Positions 59,782-64,000 of a DNA stretch of 64,000 nucleotides are shown here, piece after piece. The stretch lies in assembly GCA_965204395.1 (NCBI GenBank), contig OZ241987.1, positions 767,951-831,950 on the forward strand, in the 5' to 3' direction. The first letter of the stretch is position 1, and each line of letters opens with the position of its first letter. The notes below the pieces were generated by a model. It had not been told where the DNA came from. It did no database searches and saw nothing but the letters and a program-made list of their open reading frames with translations. The DNA comes from Dehalococcoidia bacterium. GTDB lineage: Bacteria > Chloroflexota > Dehalococcoidia > Lucifugimonadales > UBA3495. The position numbers and the translations under genes are program-made.

Positions 59782-60825
59782 ATGTCCACAGAGTCTCAAA
59801 ATCCGAGCGAGTTCCCCAGGGCGATAGCTGTCATCGGCGCGTCGTCAACCCTTGGCTCCCTCATGTTGATGGAACTGGAGAGGTCGTTGCCCGATTGTCA
59901 GTTGGTGGCAATCGATGATTACTCTCTGACCCGACCAGTCAAACGGGTTTCGGCGTATCGCATGGAGCCCAACCGTACGGGGGCGATTCTCACCATTGAC
60001 GATATTCCGGAGGTCATGCAATCCAAGGCTTGGGACCTGGTCCTGGATAACCGACGACTGACCATAGCGGATGCTCCGGACGTATTCCACCTGGAATCCG
60101 TAGATTCCGTGATTCACGTAGGCAGCCATTACGACCGGGCGAACGCTAGACAATTCCTGGACGACACGCAACACTGGGTTCAGGCGTGCCGGTTGGCGGG
60201 CCTGCGGCAGTTCGTTTATCTTTCCGACATCCGGGTTTACGGGGCAGGATCTGCCAACCCCATTCCAGTGACCGAGCGTTCGCCAGCGGAACCAGCCCCG
60301 GAGCACCGTTTCCTCCGGGATGCCGAGTCGACCCTGCAACAAGCCGGCAATGATTCGATTGGCGATGACCGTTTGAAGGTTGCGGTGTTGCGTACCGCGA
60401 TGTCGGTCGGCCCCGCAGCATCCAGTCCCGTCGCGGACGAGCTGCTCTGGAATACTGTGGCAGCGAGCCGGAACGGCAGTACGCCATTACAACTGGTCCA
60501 TCAACACGACCTGACCAGGGCTGTTGAATTTACCATCAACCGCCAACTCGACGGTATCTACAACGTGGCCAGCAACGGCACCATAGGGATCAAAACGTTA
60601 CGGGATATGCACAAAGGCCGGCCGGCCTCCGCCCCACGTTCCAAGCGTCGGTCTGCTTCCAGCAAACGGCACCTCGCCAAAAACCCTCTGATCGTTTCCG
60701 ATACGAAACTGCGGCAGGCGGCAGGATTCAAAGCAAAATACTCCTCCGAGCAAGCGGCGCGCGCATACTGCCATTCGTACTTGCTAGAGCCAAGCACCCG
60801 ATATGAACGCGTCGCGCATGCGTAG
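59782..60825 (+). CDS. atypical SDR / NAD-dependent epimerase-dehydratase-like protein
   Basis: N-terminal AVIGASSTLGS Rossmann-like motif. 347 aa with a basic C-terminal tail. I could not identify a clear YxxxK catalytic motif. Confidence 0.5.
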   Translation: MSTESQNPSEFPRAIAVIGASSTLGSLMLMELERSLPDCQLVAIDDYSLTRPVKRVSAYRMEPNRTGAILTIDDIPEVMQSKAWDLVLDNRRLTIADAPDVFHLESVDSVIHVGSHYDRANARQFLDDTQHWVQACRLAGLRQFVYLSDIRVYGAGSANPIPVTERSPAEPAPEHRFLRDAESTLQQAGNDSIGDDRLKVAVLRTAMSVGPAASSPVADELLWNTVAASRNGSTPLQLVHQHDLTRAVEFTINRQLDGIYNVASNGTIGIKTLRDMHKGRPASAPRSKRRSASSKRHLAKNPLIVSDTKLRQAAGFKAKYSSEQAARAYCHSYLLEPSTRYERVAHA

Positions 60826-61747
60826 GCCGGCGCAAATCGTCGTCGATACGGACCCTGGCGTTGACGACGCGGTCGCCATCCTGATGCTGCTGTCAGATCC
60901 GCGTTTCGATATCGTCGGAATGACCACTACTGCGGGCAACGTGCCGCTGGCTCGCTCCACTCGCAACACCCTGGCGTTGTTGGAATATGCCGGTCGGTCG
61001 GACATTCCGGTGTTCCGAGGAGCAGCGCGTCCGGTTCGAGGCCGATATGCGTACGCCCGGCATGTGCATTCGGCATCCGGGTTGACGCGGCGTTTGAAAG
61101 ACCCGGACCTGACCGCGTCCGATACCAAAGCAATGCCCTTCCTGGAGAGGACGCTCGTAAGCAACCCGGAGGACGTAACCATCATCGCGCTGGGCCCCCT
61201 GACCAACCTGGCCCGATTGTGGAAACGGACCCCCGGAGCCTTGAGGTCGGCGGCGAGAATCGTAGTCATGGGCGGCGCAGTTAACACCGCCGGCAACGCG
61301 ACTTCGCACGCGGAATTCAATTTCTACAGCGACCCAACCGCGGCCAAGACCATAATCGAATCCGGACTTCCGCTGACGCTCATCGATCTGGCCGCGTGTC
61401 GGAAAGTATCCATTACGCGGACTCAAGCTGAAAAAGTTCGCCACACCAGCAAACTGGGTACCCTGGCGGCCGAACTGCTGGAGGGTTGGTTTGCGAGAGA
61501 CACGTCCCGCCAGGAGTTCTATCTGTACGACCCGTTGGCAGTGCTGGCGGCGACGCATCCCCACGTGGTCGGGTTGGAAGCCATGACCATGCGAGTGGTT
61601 GACTCGGACGATACCGATGACTCCGAGATGTGGGGAAAGTGCGAGGTCGCTGATGCCAATGGAGGCCCGATCATGGTTGCAGCGCCGGAACGAGTTGACA
61701 GCGACGCTACCTGGGCAGCGATCAAGGATTTGTTGGACTGGGAGTAG
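60803..61747 (+). CDS. nucleoside hydrolase (IUNH family)
   Basis: IVVDTDPGVDDAVAILMLL is the N-terminal Asp-cluster signature. GPLTNLA and AEFNFYSDP. Overlaps the upstream stop by 23 nt. Confidence 0.85.
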   Translation: MNASRMRRPAQIVVDTDPGVDDAVAILMLLSDPRFDIVGMTTTAGNVPLARSTRNTLALLEYAGRSDIPVFRGAARPVRGRYAYARHVHSASGLTRRLKDPDLTASDTKAMPFLERTLVSNPEDVTIIALGPLTNLARLWKRTPGALRSAARIVVMGGAVNTAGNATSHAEFNFYSDPTAAKTIIESGLPLTLIDLAACRKVSITRTQAEKVRHTSKLGTLAAELLEGWFARDTSRQEFYLYDPLAVLAATHPHVVGLEAMTMRVVDSDDTDDSEMWGKCEVADANGGPIMVAAPERVDSDATWAAIKDLLDWE

Positions 61748-61761
61748 GAGAGGGTTACAGC

Positions 61762-63201
61762 ATGGCCGATCAAAAGCGTGTTCTGGTGGTGGTATTCGAC
61801 GGATTGCAGTCGGCTCAGATCACTCCCGACTTGATGCCCAACTTGGCTGAATTTGGTCGGACCGGTGTGACATTCGCCAATCACCATCCGGTATTCCCGA
61901 CCGTGACCAGGGTCAACGCATCGAGCTTGGTCACCGGCTACCCCCCGGGAAAGCACGGACTGGCAGGCAACACATTCCTGTGCCGGGACTACGATCCGAA
62001 CCAGGTAATTCCGGCAATGGAGCCGACCCTACAGGCGATTGCCGATGCCACCGGCCGACCCCTGTTAGTCCCAACCCTCGCTGACCGCCTACACGCGCAC
62101 GGCATGGAATACGTGGCGATCGGCACTGGCACCAGCGGGAACGCCTACGTGCACAACCCCAACGCGGCCACCGCAGGCGGCGCGACCATTCATCCACAAT
62201 TCACGCTGCCTAGGCGCTTGCACGCGGAACTCGAAGACCGCTTCGGAGAGTGGCCCCCCGAAGTGCTGCCTAACACCGCCCGGTTGAACCATGGCCGACG
62301 CATCCTGACCGAGTACGTCCTGCCGGAGATCGACCCAGCCGTCGCGCTGCTGTGGTTGTCCGAACCCGACAAAACCCAGCACGAGGACGGCGTGGGCCTG
62401 GGACGGGCGCCGCAAGCATTGAGGGAGGCCGACGCGGAATTCGGCGAGGTACTCAGTTGGCTGGCGCAAAACGGGCGGTCCGAAACCACCGACATCTTGA
62501 TTGCGTCCGACCACGGCTATTCGACCATCACCGAGCCCATTCCGATCGAGAGCATGATGCGGGAATCGGGATTTCCGACGGTGGAGAAGCAGGGCGGCGT
62601 GGCAGTGGCGGGCAACGGGGGATCGGCCCTGTTCTACGTACATGAGAACAATCCGGACACTGCGGAAACCGTGGCCCAATGGCTGACGAGCCACGAATGG
62701 TGCGGGCCGCTGTTCGCATCAGAAAGGGTCGGGCAACCCAGTGGTACCCTGCCGGCATCATTGATCGGATGCGATGGCCCGCGGGCTCCGGATTTGAGCA
62801 TGTCGTTCCGGTGGGACAGCATTCCCAACGAGGTAGGACACGAAGGGCATGCTTACGCCACAGGGGGACGGGCCGGACAGGGGCAGCACGGGAGCATGAG
62901 CCGGCATGAGTTGCAAAACGTGGGGCTAGCCAAAGGCCCATCGCTGCGCAACGGTACCGTCGTGGAAACCCCGACCGGTAACATCGATTTTGCGCCCACC
63001 ATCTTGCATCTGCTGGGGATGAACGACGCGGTGCCAACGATGGACGGCCGGGTGCTCGGGGAAGCGCTGGCAGAAAACCCGGAATCCTCACCGAGGCCGT
63101 GGGTTTCGACACACCGAGCGCAGTCGGGCGATTACCGCCAAAAAGTACAGATCAGCCACGTTGGCAAGGCTCAGTACGTCGATTGGGGCAATCGCTTATA
63201 G
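61762..63201 (+). CDS. alkaline-phosphatase superfamily enzyme, nucleotide pyrophosphatase/phosphodiesterase-like
   Basis: VVVFDGL...FPTVTRVNASSLVTG gives the nucleophile Thr context. Also SEPDKTQHEDG and ASDHG. Confidence 0.7.
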   Translation: MADQKRVLVVVFDGLQSAQITPDLMPNLAEFGRTGVTFANHHPVFPTVTRVNASSLVTGYPPGKHGLAGNTFLCRDYDPNQVIPAMEPTLQAIADATGRPLLVPTLADRLHAHGMEYVAIGTGTSGNAYVHNPNAATAGGATIHPQFTLPRRLHAELEDRFGEWPPEVLPNTARLNHGRRILTEYVLPEIDPAVALLWLSEPDKTQHEDGVGLGRAPQALREADAEFGEVLSWLAQNGRSETTDILIASDHGYSTITEPIPIESMMRESGFPTVEKQGGVAVAGNGGSALFYVHENNPDTAETVAQWLTSHEWCGPLFASERVGQPSGTLPASLIGCDGPRAPDLSMSFRWDSIPNEVGHEGHAYATGGRAGQGQHGSMSRHELQNVGLAKGPSLRNGTVVETPTGNIDFAPTILHLLGMNDAVPTMDGRVLGEALAENPESSPRPWVSTHRAQSGDYRQKVQISHVGKAQYVDWGNRL

Positions 63202-63208
63202 GGTCCAG

Positions 63209-63296
63209 TGGCGGAGGGAGTGGGATTCGAACCCACGAGGGTATTAGCCCTGCCGGTTTTCAAGACCGGTGCATTCGTCCACTCTGCCATCCCTCC
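63209..63296 (-). tRNA. tRNA-Ser (anticodon UGA), CCA encoded
   Basis: The minus strand reads GGAGGGATGGCAGAGTGGAC...CCGGT CTTGAAA ACCGG...long variable arm...GGGTTCGAATCCCACTCCCTCCGCCA. Acceptor stem, anticodon stem-loop, class II variable arm and T-loop all fold by eye. Confidence 0.9.
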
Positions 63297-63506
63297 GCGA
63301 CGAACACGAGCGAACGGTCACAGTATAACAAGGGGACGCCCGTTTCCATGAACTGGCACGGAATCTGGAACTTCTAAACGGGCCGCACTCGACCGGCCAA
63401 CCTCCAGACAAACCGGGAAAGGCGGACCACCCTAACGCGTAGACTAGGGCAACGTCCGAACATCCCGTCGCGAACGCTGCCCTGTTGTAACCTACCAATC
63501 AAATGG

Positions 63507-63998
63507 TCAGACTCGGCGCAGGAGTTCGGCCTCCAGTCGGTCAGCATCGAAGGCTTCGGTGGAAGCCGCGACTTTGATGTCGCCTTCTCGCACCATGCGT
63601 TCGGCTTCGCTTTCTTCCAAGACTTCCGGAAGGACCTCCTCCCGCTCCCGCTGACGGATCACGTCGCGGTTATGGTCGGCGAAGAGCCTACGCATGGCCA
63701 CTACCACGGAGTCAGTGGACGACAGATACTCAGGCATATCGTACTGGGTGTACTTTTCAGCGTCGTAGTCCTGGTTGCGGAAGTTGAAGTTTAGCTCCCA
63801 GTTGCGATAGGGCCAGGTAGCTCCACTCACCAGTCGCCGGAAGAACCCGGGGCGCTTCTCGTAGCGTTCCACGTTGAGATACACCATGCGGGTCAGATTT
63901 TCTTCCACTGGCACGGGCCAACGGGTGCTGCGGAAGTAACGATTGTTGCCGCCGGTGCGGGACATGCCGGGAAGGCGGGTGCCGTTCCACTCGTTCAC
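63507..63998 (-). CDS. C-terminal fragment of a probable Rieske-type non-heme-iron oxygenase alpha subunit (5' end outside window)
   Basis: The ORF is open to the window edge. ...QDYDAEKYTQYDMPEYLSSTDSVVVAMRRLF resembles the C-terminal E-L-S-x-D...RR block of phthalate-family oxygenases. The call is weak. Confidence 0.35.
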   Translation of the reverse strand: MNEWNGTRLPGMSRTGGNNRYFRSTRWPVPVEENLTRMVYLNVERYEKRPGFFRRLVSGATWPYRNWELNFNFRNQDYDAEKYTQYDMPEYLSSTDSVVVAMRRLFADHNRDVIRQREREEVLPEVLEESEAERMVREGDIKVAASTEAFDADRLEAELLRRV

Positions 63999-64000
63999 GT

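Noticed and set aside
63209-63296. The hopanoid cluster as a tRNA-Ser-integrated genomic island, since the tRNA 3' end abuts the cluster.
   Set aside because: No integrase is present. I find no direct repeat of the tRNA 3' half at the other cluster boundary (48715-49037) or elsewhere in the window. The cluster composition is not obviously foreign.

Overview
High-GC (about 60-68% in housekeeping genes by hand count of single lines), densely coding bacterial chromosomal window. About 65 protein genes and one tRNA-Ser(UGA) are supported. I recognise no rRNA, CRISPR array, transposase or integrase. Gene content includes two LLM flavin monooxygenases, a CaiB CoA-transferase, an enolase-superfamily enzyme, SDRs and a Rieske-oxygenase fragment. 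Together with VTREVPV-type lipoprotein repeats and several GC-rich palindromic intergenic elements, this suggests a Chloroflexota (SAR202-like) genome. That lineage call is inference only. Housekeeping genes: rarA, pccB-like, folP-folK, ggt, hpt-gyrB, pcm, aroK-aroB, tgt, htpX, fmt, rpsP-KH-rimM, moaD-moaE. Items worth a second look: (1) A 13-gene co-directional hopanoid cluster (49038-63201): polyprenyl synthase, hpnH, hpnG, hpnA, shc, yjbQ, hpnC, hpnD, hpnE. It continues into four unassigned genes (class II aldolase, atypical SDR, nucleoside hydrolase, phosphodiesterase/phosphatase) that could cover unassigned bacteriohopanepolyol side-chain steps. (2) A Tes/MJ0619-like radical SAM enzyme, an ArsM-like methyltransferase and PlsY (19507-22743), possibly a lipid-remodelling module. 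(3) A DNA methyltransferase with a coiled-coil nuclease-like partner (17980-19494). (4) An AT-richer Septu-type ATPase plus HNH pair (45551-47518). (5) A five-gene minus-strand operon with two retropepsin-like proteases flanking a DUF4268 nuclease-like gene (36042-38371). (6) Hairpin mini-elements flanked by 16-32 bp direct duplications, one of which duplicates the aroB 3' end. (7) An 800-bp G-skewed non-coding tract. (8) A structured intergenic region with a strong-SD mini-ORF upstream of rpsP. All functional calls rest on motif recognition by eye, with no searches run.
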